In this document: positions 1 to 8,003 of the stretch, one piece after another
Position numbering within the stretch: position 1 is the first letter of the stretch
Layout: each line of letters starts with the position of its first letter
Source: an uncultured Verrucomicrobiae bacterium
GTDB lineage: Bacteria; Verrucomicrobiota; Verrucomicrobiia; Limisphaerales; Palsa-1400
Length of the DNA: 64,000 nt
Assembly: GCA_963764165.1 (NCBI GenBank)
Contig: CAVXRD010000004.1
Span: 384,001 to 448,000, forward strand
Direction: 5' to 3'
Program-made: the position numbers and the translations under genes
The notes under the pieces: model-generated
Told to the model about the DNA's origin: nothing
Databases searched by the model: none
What the model saw: only the letters and a program-made list of their open reading frames with translations

Positions 1-68
1 CAACGGCTTGAATCTCTCGGGCCGAATGCCCGCGTGGCCGCGCTGCCGCAAGGGCCGCTGACCATTCC

Positions 69-971
69 TTATCTCGCATGAGATGGTGTGGTAATAATTC
101 CGCGGCGCTCAGGATCGGGATTTGCGGGGTCGTAGTGCAGAGTGCAGATTTCATGGGGTTCCTTCAGGCCGGTATAACGAACATACCATGGATAGATCGT
201 CGCTTTCCCTTGCACCACCACTCGGACAGAAAATTTTGTCATGTCGGCCTCGCACTGCTGCTTAAAGTAAACGACGGAAATTTTGTAGTCGCCAGCCGGC
301 GCGCCGCCCGTAGGCCAGTATATATTTTCCACGGGTTTCTCTGTGCAGTTGCTCGAAAGGTAGTTTGCATCGACATCCAGTGTGCCGCCGCTGGCGGCTG
401 AATGCTTGTTTTGGTAGTTAATTTCTGTCCCGAATGGATCAACGCAATGCAAATCAAGGTCATTTAGATTATTCCACATGAGCGAAATTTGAATGTCCCC
501 TCCCTTCGCCCCCGCATCGCCAAGCCGGCGCGAAAATGCGGCGGCTTCCGGGAGATTCGGGCTGGCCGACACTGCCTGCGGAGTGTCGAAAAATTCGGGG
601 TTCATTGAAATCGGGCCGTTTGTGTTATGCAAATTCGTCGAAATCGTCTCAGTCGCGGGCGCATTGTTGGTCGTGGGTGGCGCGTTGGCCGAGCGAGGAG
701 CTTGGGATCCCGTCAAATTGGTTTCGACGGCGATTGCTTGCGTTGAAACGCCTGAGACCGGGGCAATCGGGCCGATTGGCTGCGCGTCGCCATTCCTTCC
801 CGCCCCTTCAAACATCAGATTAAGGGTTGAGGCGCCGAACAAATTCGTTTCCGCCCATGAGCCCATGCCGCCGAAATACTGCGGGTGCGTGCGCAGTTTC
901 CAAAGAGCCAGGATGACCACGAGTATGGCCATCACAATGACAGCGTCCTGCTTGAGCCTGGAACGGTTCAT
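69..971 (-). CDS. Membrane-anchored protein with C-terminal YfaP/DUF2135-like domain
   Basis: N-terminal hydrophobic helix (AVIVMAILVVILALW), low-complexity linker, then DIQISLMWNNLNDLDLHCVDP...GGTLDVDAN...PVENIYW...GDYKISV typical of YfaP/DUF2135; 4-nt overlap with upstream gene. Confidence 0.75.
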   Translation of the reverse strand: MNRSRLKQDAVIVMAILVVILALWKLRTHPQYFGGMGSWAETNLFGASTLNLMFEGAGRNGDAQPIGPIAPVSGVSTQAIAVETNLTGSQAPRSANAPPTTNNAPATETISTNLHNTNGPISMNPEFFDTPQAVSASPNLPEAAAFSRRLGDAGAKGGDIQISLMWNNLNDLDLHCVDPFGTEINYQNKHSAASGGTLDVDANYLSSNCTEKPVENIYWPTGGAPAGDYKISVVYFKQQCEADMTKFSVRVVVQGKATIYPWYVRYTGLKEPHEICTLHYDPANPDPERRGIITTPSHAR

Positions 972-2311
972 GGCGTGTAAGGGGGCGGAACGTAGCGATA
1001 TTCGCCGCGGTTGTCATTCGCAATCCGGCTTAGCACTTTCTCGGCCTCATTGGAATAGAAGCCGATGGTGAAAACCCGCGCGAGGATCGAAGAGTTCGCA
1101 TTCTGGACGACGTCGATGCTGCTTTCCGGGACCGGGCCGCCCGCCAGAATCCAGATCACATCCGGCGCCGGCAGAAGTGAGAACGCGCGCTGTATGGCCT
1201 TTGAAGGATCAGGGGCGCCGCCGTTCCCCGCCGAAAAGAGCCAGTTGGTTGCGGTGTAAATATTCTCAGGCAAGGCGGTCATCGGGCCCAGGGACGGCAT
1301 TCCATCATAGCCACCGCCATGGGATAAAATGATGTAGAACGAGTGCGTTGGATCCATCGCATTAAGCGAGCGAACCAGTTGCTCGCGGGCGACCTGCGAT
1401 TTTCTGTTCGTTGCCATATCTAGAGAATTGTCCAAAATGAAGGCCACGTTCGTCCCGAGCTGGATGTCAAACAAAAGCGGCGGAGCGGTTGCGCCGAGGG
1501 GTTCAAACGGCAGCGGAACCTTGGGGTTTTCCTGATTCATGCCCGCCGCTTTCGACTGCGCGGCCGCTCCGCCGCCCGCCGCGGGTGAATGCGCCGAAGC
1601 CGGGGCGCCAGGCACCGCTCCCGATCCCGAAGCCCGGGCGCCAGGCACCGCTCCCGATCCCGAAGCCGGGGCCGCAGCGCCGGGCACCGATCGCGCCGCC
1701 GGGGTCGGGCTGGTCCGCGCCGAAGCCGGGGACCTTGCTTGGGGAGCGCTCGCGGCGGACGGCGGAACGGATTCAGGCGCTGGGCTTTCGTCCAGGGCCG
1801 CTCGCATGGCTGCATTCGCCGCCATTGTATTGGACAATTTGGATAATTGTGAAAGTGGCGCCGCCGGGCCCCCCGGCTTTGAATTCATTCCCGGGCCGCC
1901 GTTAAAGTTGCTGACGCCTACATACCTGCCAACCAGACCGTTGCTGGCATTTCGCGCAATCGCGCCGAAGATGGAATCCCGCTTTTCTTTAGTGTCAGCA
2001 ACTGCCTCATCGGTGGCCGGTCGGCCGGGCCCGGCATTGGCGGCGCCCGTCAATGCGTTCGCGGCGGGCGCGTTTGAAATTGCCGGCGCCGCGGCGGGTT
2101 CGGCATTTGTCAGCACGGGGGGCGGGGGTGGCGCGGATTCGGCAGGCGAAGGGATGCTCGAGGCTGTTCTCGCGCCGAGGTCGCCAAAAATGATCTGCCG
2201 CACCGGCCGTTGCGGCTGCAAGAATAGCCAGACTAGTACGCCGATCAACAACCCCAGCAAAAAACAAATCAGCGCTTCTTTCCAACCACTGCGGCGTCTA
2301 GGGCTGTTCAT
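968..2311 (-). CDS. Membrane-anchored Pro/Ala-linker protein with C-terminal vWA-like domain (degenerate MIDAS)
   Basis: N-terminal TM (ALICFLLGLLIGVLVWLFL), long PAS-rich linker, vWA pattern VAFILDNSLDM...FYII...VIWILAGG...VFTIGF...LSRIANDNRGEY. Confidence 0.72.
   Translation of the reverse strand: MNSPRRRSGWKEALICFLLGLLIGVLVWLFLQPQRPVRQIIFGDLGARTASSIPSPAESAPPPPPVLTNAEPAAAPAISNAPAANALTGAANAGPGRPATDEAVADTKEKRDSIFGAIARNASNGLVGRYVGVSNFNGGPGMNSKPGGPAAPLSQLSKLSNTMAANAAMRAALDESPAPESVPPSAASAPQARSPASARTSPTPAARSVPGAAAPASGSGAVPGARASGSGAVPGAPASAHSPAAGGGAAAQSKAAGMNQENPKVPLPFEPLGATAPPLLFDIQLGTNVAFILDNSLDMATNRKSQVAREQLVRSLNAMDPTHSFYIILSHGGGYDGMPSLGPMTALPENIYTATNWLFSAGNGGAPDPSKAIQRAFSLLPAPDVIWILAGGPVPESSIDVVQNANSSILARVFTIGFYSNEAEKVLSRIANDNRGEYRYVPPPYTP
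1594..1672. repeat. 33-bp in-frame tandem repeat (2 full units plus a partial) in the vWA protein linker
   Basis: ccgaagcc(g/c)gggcgccaggcaccgctcccgatc starts at 1594 and 1627, partial at 1660; encodes ASGSGAVPGA(R/P) on the minus strand. Confidence 0.9.
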
Positions 2312-2320
2312 GCATGCTCC

Positions 2321-2992
2321 TTAATTCTGGGGCAGCGCCACGTCTCCGTTCGTGCCGACTCCCAATCGCTCGTCAATTAAGCGCGGCTGCCAGGCGCAAT
2401 GAAACCCCTGATTCGCGGCTGCGTCTCGCGCACGCCGGAATTCGGCGAAGGAGTCGGCCACCACCAGAAACAAAAAGTGATAATTGGTTCTGCCGCTGGA
2501 TCGAAAGGCGTTCAAGGTATTGGCCATATACTGCTCGGGATCTTCTCCCTTGCCCGGCTCGGGTTCTATGATCTTCCGGTCAGGCGAGAACGAGAACGCG
2601 CGGACATTCGGCGAAATACCCGTGCCGTCCGCGGAGATGGTTTTGTACGGATAAATCTTCCCGTACCGCATGACGACATTCCACGACGGATTGGTGTCCT
2701 GGACCGTCGTCAGCAGATGCATCACGTTGGTGACTGGATGCTGATGCGGGTTCTGGAGACGCTGTAATGTCTTTTGAAGATCAGCTTCCGCGACATCGTT
2801 GGAGGCAATGAGGGCCGCCAGGCTGGCCGCAGCCTTGGCCGGATCCGGCGGAGGCGCCGGGTGATGATCGAGCGCGTTGCGCCCAAGGAGCGCCACGACA
2901 AGGGCAATGAAAATGATCGCCCCCAGCAGGTTGCACATCGTGTCGAGCAGCATTTCCAAGCTGCTGGAGTAAAATCCTGATTTGTTTTTCAT
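2321..2992 (-). CDS. ExbD/TolR-like single-pass protein (Asp in TM) with coiled coil and periplasmic domain
   Basis: SLEMLLDTMCNLLGAIIFIALVVALL has an Asp at the start of the TM as in ExbD/MotB; lies downstream of an ExbB-like gene. Confidence 0.6.
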   Translation of the reverse strand: MKNKSGFYSSSLEMLLDTMCNLLGAIIFIALVVALLGRNALDHHPAPPPDPAKAAASLAALIASNDVAEADLQKTLQRLQNPHQHPVTNVMHLLTTVQDTNPSWNVVMRYGKIYPYKTISADGTGISPNVRAFSFSPDRKIIEPEPGKGEDPEQYMANTLNAFRSSGRTNYHFLFLVVADSFAEFRRARDAAANQGFHCAWQPRLIDERLGVGTNGDVALPQN

Positions 2993-3549
2993 GGCGCCGC
3001 TAAAAGATACTCCAAATCCTCTTCCGCCGCGTCATAAGCGATGTTGAAATGACGGCTTTTTGCCAACTTATCGCAGATTCGAAAATTCGCGATCGCGGAT
3101 GGGCGAATGTAAAACACCAATCTGTCCCGGGTCGCATCCCAGCCGTCGAGCGCCAGTCTGAAATCCGCATTATCGGCCCGGACTGCAAACGGAACCGCGG
3201 TCGTCTGGCCGGGGCGGCTCCAAAGCCCGTTGGTGGCGGAGAGCACGATCAGCACCGGCTTAAGACCGCTTGGGTCGCGCTCCGGCACCACAAAAACGCG
3301 ATTCGTCAGCGCCGCCGACTGTTCGGTGCGGCGGCGCAATTCCGCCAGGGTTGCATCCAGCTTGGACTTTGCCTGCGCAATCTGCCGTTGCATATCACTG
3401 GCTTCATTTGCGGCCGCCGACGGTGGCTTATTCAAATAAAGCGTCATTAATAATGTGATCAGCACCAGCACCCCCGTCACGGCGGTGATCATGTCAAGGA
3501 AGGCAAAGAACGACACCCTGCCACTCGTGCTGCGCAGTTTGTTCGGCAT
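2989..3549 (-). CDS. ExbD/TolR-like single-pass protein (Asp in TM)
   Basis: VSFFAFLDMITAVTGVLVLITLLMTL resembles the ExbD TM motif PxIDV; starts 3 nt after the ExbB-like stop. Confidence 0.62.
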   Translation of the reverse strand: MPNKLRSTSGRVSFFAFLDMITAVTGVLVLITLLMTLYLNKPPSAAANEASDMQRQIAQAKSKLDATLAELRRRTEQSAALTNRVFVVPERDPSGLKPVLIVLSATNGLWSRPGQTTAVPFAVRADNADFRLALDGWDATRDRLVFYIRPSAIANFRICDKLAKSRHFNIAYDAAEEDLEYLLAAP

Positions 3550-3552
3550 GGA

Positions 3553-4554
3553 TTATCCGCTGGTTCCTTCCTTGTCCCGCACCCTCAGTTTGGAGATCAC
3601 ATGCGCGTGGCAGTAATCATTGCATTCGTCGAGGAAGTCCGTTTCCTTCTGCTGCACAAAATCCGAGAACAAGTGCAGCACCAGCGCGAAACCGAGTCCC
3701 ACCAGTGTTGCTTCGAATGCGGTGGACAGGCCTGAGGTGACTTTCGAAAGATTGCTCTTTATCGCATCCATATCTGACGTGGAACCAAGCGTGTCGGTGA
3801 ATTGATGAATCGCCAGGCTCAAACCCAGCACTGTGCCAACGAATCCGAGCACGGGAATGGCCCAAATCATGGCGTGGATAATTGCGTAGCTGGATGCCAC
3901 CTGGTTCTCATCGTTTTCGCTTTGCGCCTTGAGAATCGTCGAGACATCGCTGACGCCGCCGATGTTGTGGAGATTTGACAGCGCACGGTCAATACGATTG
4001 AGAAGAATGAACTTCCGAGTGTCATCCACCAGGCTGCGAACGCGGTCAAGGACGGTCTTAGCCGTATCCTCGTTCAGGACAAATTCCCGGTGCTGCGGCA
4101 CGGCCGCCATGTCCAATGCGCGGCGCTGCAAGCGCAGTTTGGGAATCTTGATGAGGGCCACAACGACTCCCCAGAAGAAAAAAAGCGTCGCCGGCCCGGT
4201 GGCAAAAAGGTTTCCCTCGTGGACGAATAACTCGGCAAAGTCATGAGGCAGCGTGTGATTGGGCCGTTTGTAAAAGACAAACATCAGCGCGATGAAGCCG
4301 GCCGATAGGACGGATGCGATGATAAAGGTGAAAATCTTATTGACCGCAGTGAAGCGGCCTCCCCTGAACAACCCAAAACTAATCTGGTTCTCAATATCCT
4401 CTTCGCTCCAGTTCAGCGCCGCGGCGGACACCCGCGCCGGAGCCGCGGAGACGGGAACGGTTCCGGCGGGTGTTTGCGATGCGGCGGGCCGCTTGCTTAA
4501 GAAGCGCCCACCGGAAGGATTCGGCTGTGTTGGGTTGGTTGGTTCCATAAGCAA
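3553..4554 (-). CDS. MotA/TolQ/ExbB proton channel family protein
   Basis: AIPVLGFVGTVLGL and GLSTAFEATLVGL match the two channel helices with both conserved Thr; two further N-terminal TMs. Confidence 0.88.
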   Translation of the reverse strand: MLMEPTNPTQPNPSGGRFLSKRPAASQTPAGTVPVSAAPARVSAAALNWSEEDIENQISFGLFRGGRFTAVNKIFTFIIASVLSAGFIALMFVFYKRPNHTLPHDFAELFVHEGNLFATGPATLFFFWGVVVALIKIPKLRLQRRALDMAAVPQHREFVLNEDTAKTVLDRVRSLVDDTRKFILLNRIDRALSNLHNIGGVSDVSTILKAQSENDENQVASSYAIIHAMIWAIPVLGFVGTVLGLSLAIHQFTDTLGSTSDMDAIKSNLSKVTSGLSTAFEATLVGLGFALVLHLFSDFVQQKETDFLDECNDYCHAHVISKLRVRDKEGTSG

Positions 4555-4560
4555 ATCACA

Positions 4561-5076
4561 TCAAGTCATTTCGTTTCCGAGGCCGTCTCTCCGGACAGCC
4601 AGCGCTTCGACCATGGCCCATATCCACGTGGCAATCACGCCGAAGCCCATCAGAAAAGTGGCGACGCTCAACAACAATTGGAGCGCCCCGGTCGTCCATT
4701 GGCGCGCGTAAAAGTTGTGGACGCCGGTGAACCCCAGCAGCACCGCCAGCAAGGCAAAGACCAACCGATGGCGCGGGTTGCCAATCGGAGCGCGCGATGC
4801 CGGCGCCGCCGCCATGGGCGGAGCCACCGGAACTTTCAGGCGAACCAGCGGCTTATCTTCAGGGGCAGGAGCGGCGGCGGCCACTGGACCGCGCGGGGCG
4901 GTGGTTTTTTCAGTTCGGGCGAAAAACTCCTCCAAGCTCACCCACCCGTTTTCAAATAGAATCTCATGCCCCATGCCGATGCGGTGGTCATCCAGCATTT
5001 GATTCAATTCCGCGAGCGAAAACGGGCCCGTTTGGCGGCCGCGCCAGCGAATCAAGTATCGCGCGTCTTCGCTCAA
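4561..5076 (-). CDS. GYF_2 (DUF4339)-like plus TM2-domain protein
   Basis: YLIRWRGRQTGPFSLAELNQML...WVSL (GYF_2) and RLVFALLAVLLGFTGVHNFYARQWTTGALQL (TM2). Confidence 0.8.
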   Translation of the reverse strand: MSEDARYLIRWRGRQTGPFSLAELNQMLDDHRIGMGHEILFENGWVSLEEFFARTEKTTAPRGPVAAAAPAPEDKPLVRLKVPVAPPMAAAPASRAPIGNPRHRLVFALLAVLLGFTGVHNFYARQWTTGALQLLLSVATFLMGFGVIATWIWAMVEALAVRRDGLGNEMT

Positions 5077-7994
5077 GGTAATCCTCCGTAAAAGGGCGGC
5101 AAGTCATGCTCGGCAAGCGCGCGCTGGTAACCCGTTGCTTTGAGCGTCTGTTTGAGCAAGTCGCTCCGGTTGCCCGCGAAGATGAACAAGGGTGAATACG
5201 GCTGCGGGTCAGATGGTTGGGCAAAGGTTCCGCTGTCGCCATCCCGGCGGAACAGCACGGCCTCCCCCGCTCGATTCCAGCCGCAAAGCTCCACTGAACC
5301 CACCGGTGGCGAGCGAAAGACAGGTTTGCCGTCCGCATCGACATATCCTGCGTAGGAAAACCCCTTGACGCACGTGTCATGCACGAGCTGTTGCAAAAAG
5401 CGGGCTTGTTTCTCCATCGGTTTGGCTTTGGCTTTGTCGAAATAGTCCTGCAGCTTGGCTTCGATTTTTCTCTTCCGTTCCGCCACCAGCCAATCCCCGC
5501 TCTTGATATTCCCGGCCCCGAGGTCCGAAAGCGCCTGAATATGCGCGGCGGCAGCCGGACACCAGGGCAGGCCCCACTTTTCCGGACGCACTTGGGCGAT
5601 GGCCCACAGTCTGAATGTGGCATAGGCGCGAAACACGGCGCTGGCCTCGCTGTCACTGTTCAATTCATCGAGCAGTTGCAAAATGGGCTTTTGATAATTG
5701 TTCGAGTCGATCAAATTTCCGAAGCCCAGCCGCTCGTAGGTGTCGCTTTCCGCCGTGCGTTGCAGGGGGGACACATGGAAATCATAGGTAGAATAACTCC
5801 TGCTAACGAAGCGCAGGGCATGCGGATCCACCGCGGGGTCATAAACCGTCCCGGCAAAGTCGCCACCATTTTGCTGTTTGTCAATGGTGCCGCGCACATA
5901 AACATTGTGGGTCATATTGCGATTTCCAGGGTGTGGATCAGCCTCCAATTTGTACAAGTTGATATTGATGGCATTCGGGTCGTCGCGCAATTTGAAGTAG
6001 AAATCCTTTTCCGCATCGGTTGTGCCTTCCGGCATCAGGCTCATGTTCCAGTCGCTGGCATTGGTCAGGGTGCTCCAGTTTGTCGGATCATTTGGCAGAA
6101 GCAATTGGCCCAGGAGCGATTGCATCGAAATGTTAAACCCGCCGACCTTTGCGACTTCCGTCTTCACCGACTCACCAGCGAATGGGGAAAGCACGATCTG
6201 ATCGAGAGACTTCAAATAGTCTTCGAGCGTGGAAGCGCCCGGCAGGGCGGCTTTGGCCTCCTCCCATTTGGAGGCCGTGTTGGTCCATTTCTGGACTTCC
6301 GCCTTGATGCGCGACAGCCTTCCCGCCACCGCACCCGGAAGTTCCGGCGGCTGGGCCAGCAACGGGGCCGCCGCGGCCAGGGTGGTTTTTATTTCCTTGA
6401 ATGAGTCCAGCACGCGTTCAGGGCCGTCGGCTGGCTTCACACCCGCGACGATCTCCTCCCCGCGCGACAGCGACTCCTCCAGCTTATTGCTGCGGTATGT
6501 TTGCCATTGCGCATCGAACCCGCTCAATGCGCTGGCAGCTTGCGTTCGAAATTGCGGGGCCAATTGCGGCGCCTGCGATTCACATTCCGCCCGCACAGGA
6601 CCGACTTTCTCGACACCGCTGGCGAATCCTCCGCTGGCGATGCGCTGGAGCTCGGACATCCTGGCTTCGAATGCCTGCTTGATGCCCTCTTCCTTCGCAA
6701 TAAAATCGTGAGCTTTTGCAAACGTCTCCTCCATTCCTGGAGCGACACCGGCGCGAGTCACCTCATTCGTCAATGCCACCACGCTGGAAACATCCCGGGC
6801 GGATTGGAGCTTCGAAAATTGGCTGGCAAACGCCATCTGCCGGACTTTATTCGAAACGTGAGGCGCGGCCGCGGCAATGCAAGCGAGGACGACAACCGCA
6901 GCCGCCGCCCAAGCCACCCGCTTTCGGCGGATGGAGAGTCGAATTTGCAACTGGAGCCACGCGCGTGAATTGTCGCACGCCGACACCAACTCATCCGGCA
7001 GGGGTTTCTTGAATCGCTCCGCTGCCGACTGCTTTTCGGCGAGCGATTGCAAGGCGGCGCCAGCCTCGATCTCAGGCATGGACCCGCGCTTGGAACGGCG
7101 GGTGGCCAGGATGGAAACTTCGTGCTCAAGCGCGCCGACGGCCCGGTTGAAATCTTGCTGGGCGACATAGGCCGCCCGCTGTTGGGCTGACCAATCCTCC
7201 ATGGCCGACCAGCTATCCGCATCGGCTTCCGGCAATCGAAGATTGTAGCGGGTGGCCACCGCATGGACGTCCTCCACGGCAGTTTCCGTTTCGATCCACA
7301 ATTCCTGCCGGCGCAATTCCTCGGCCCGGCGGATCATTTGTTGACAGCGCGCGATCTGCGCCTGCTGCCAGGCGGGATGTGAAACCGGCACCGGCAGGCC
7401 GGACGCTTCCAACTGGTCGAGGGCGGCCTGTGTCCCGGCGGCATCGCCGGAGGCCGCCACAGCGCGCAAACTTTCCAGTTTTGAGCGCAATAATTTATCC
7501 TCCAGGCGCTTCAATTCCTCCTTCGTGTTCGTATCCGAGGGATTCAGCTTGGCGATGACGCGCAAAATGGAAAACGCGCGCGTGTCATTGTTCTCCATGA
7601 TCGCGCGGCGGTAATCCTTGTAGAACTGATGGTCGCTGTTGATGCCTTTGGCATAGGTTTCGTTGAGAAGGCGGATGTATTTGTCGTAAAACGGCTCGCT
7701 CGATGGCAGGTGATGCTGCTGGCAGAACGCCCGCCATTCAGCGGACTGGCGAAAGCTCAGCAGGGTGATGATCTCGAGGAGCGGCGGCGCAGTTTCAGCC
7801 AGTTGAAGCGCCTGGAGAAACTGGCCCGCCTCGATCATCAGCGCGCATTGCTCAAGCCGCCGGCCCGCCGCGCGGCAGAGTTCGGCGTAATCCTGGGCGA
7901 GCTTCGCGGTGTGGGCGTCCGAGGCCGGATGACTGACGGCATCGGTGATCCGCCGCACCAATCTTTCGGTTTGAGTCAATGTCATCATTGTCAA
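5073..7994 (-). CDS. Large alpha-helical/coiled-coil bitopic membrane protein of unknown function
   Basis: 973-aa ORF within the operon; about 355 helical residues, basic RRKR, a TM (VAWAAAAVVVLACIAAAA), then about 590 residues. Confidence 0.8.
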   Translation of the reverse strand: MTMMTLTQTERLVRRITDAVSHPASDAHTAKLAQDYAELCRAAGRRLEQCALMIEAGQFLQALQLAETAPPLLEIITLLSFRQSAEWRAFCQQHHLPSSEPFYDKYIRLLNETYAKGINSDHQFYKDYRRAIMENNDTRAFSILRVIAKLNPSDTNTKEELKRLEDKLLRSKLESLRAVAASGDAAGTQAALDQLEASGLPVPVSHPAWQQAQIARCQQMIRRAEELRRQELWIETETAVEDVHAVATRYNLRLPEADADSWSAMEDWSAQQRAAYVAQQDFNRAVGALEHEVSILATRRSKRGSMPEIEAGAALQSLAEKQSAAERFKKPLPDELVSACDNSRAWLQLQIRLSIRRKRVAWAAAAVVVLACIAAAAPHVSNKVRQMAFASQFSKLQSARDVSSVVALTNEVTRAGVAPGMEETFAKAHDFIAKEEGIKQAFEARMSELQRIASGGFASGVEKVGPVRAECESQAPQLAPQFRTQAASALSGFDAQWQTYRSNKLEESLSRGEEIVAGVKPADGPERVLDSFKEIKTTLAAAAPLLAQPPELPGAVAGRLSRIKAEVQKWTNTASKWEEAKAALPGASTLEDYLKSLDQIVLSPFAGESVKTEVAKVGGFNISMQSLLGQLLLPNDPTNWSTLTNASDWNMSLMPEGTTDAEKDFYFKLRDDPNAININLYKLEADPHPGNRNMTHNVYVRGTIDKQQNGGDFAGTVYDPAVDPHALRFVSRSYSTYDFHVSPLQRTAESDTYERLGFGNLIDSNNYQKPILQLLDELNSDSEASAVFRAYATFRLWAIAQVRPEKWGLPWCPAAAAHIQALSDLGAGNIKSGDWLVAERKRKIEAKLQDYFDKAKAKPMEKQARFLQQLVHDTCVKGFSYAGYVDADGKPVFRSPPVGSVELCGWNRAGEAVLFRRDGDSGTFAQPSDPQPYSPLFIFAGNRSDLLKQTLKATGYQRALAEHDLPPFYGGLP

Positions 7995-8003
7995 CTATGG
8001 CCG

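Noticed and set aside
2321..4554. Calling the motor genes Zorya (zorA/zorB), motAB or a Ton/Tol system
   Set aside because: No long ZorA-type tail, no OmpA-like domain, no ZorC/D/E, and no flagellar, tonB or tolA/tolB genes in the operon
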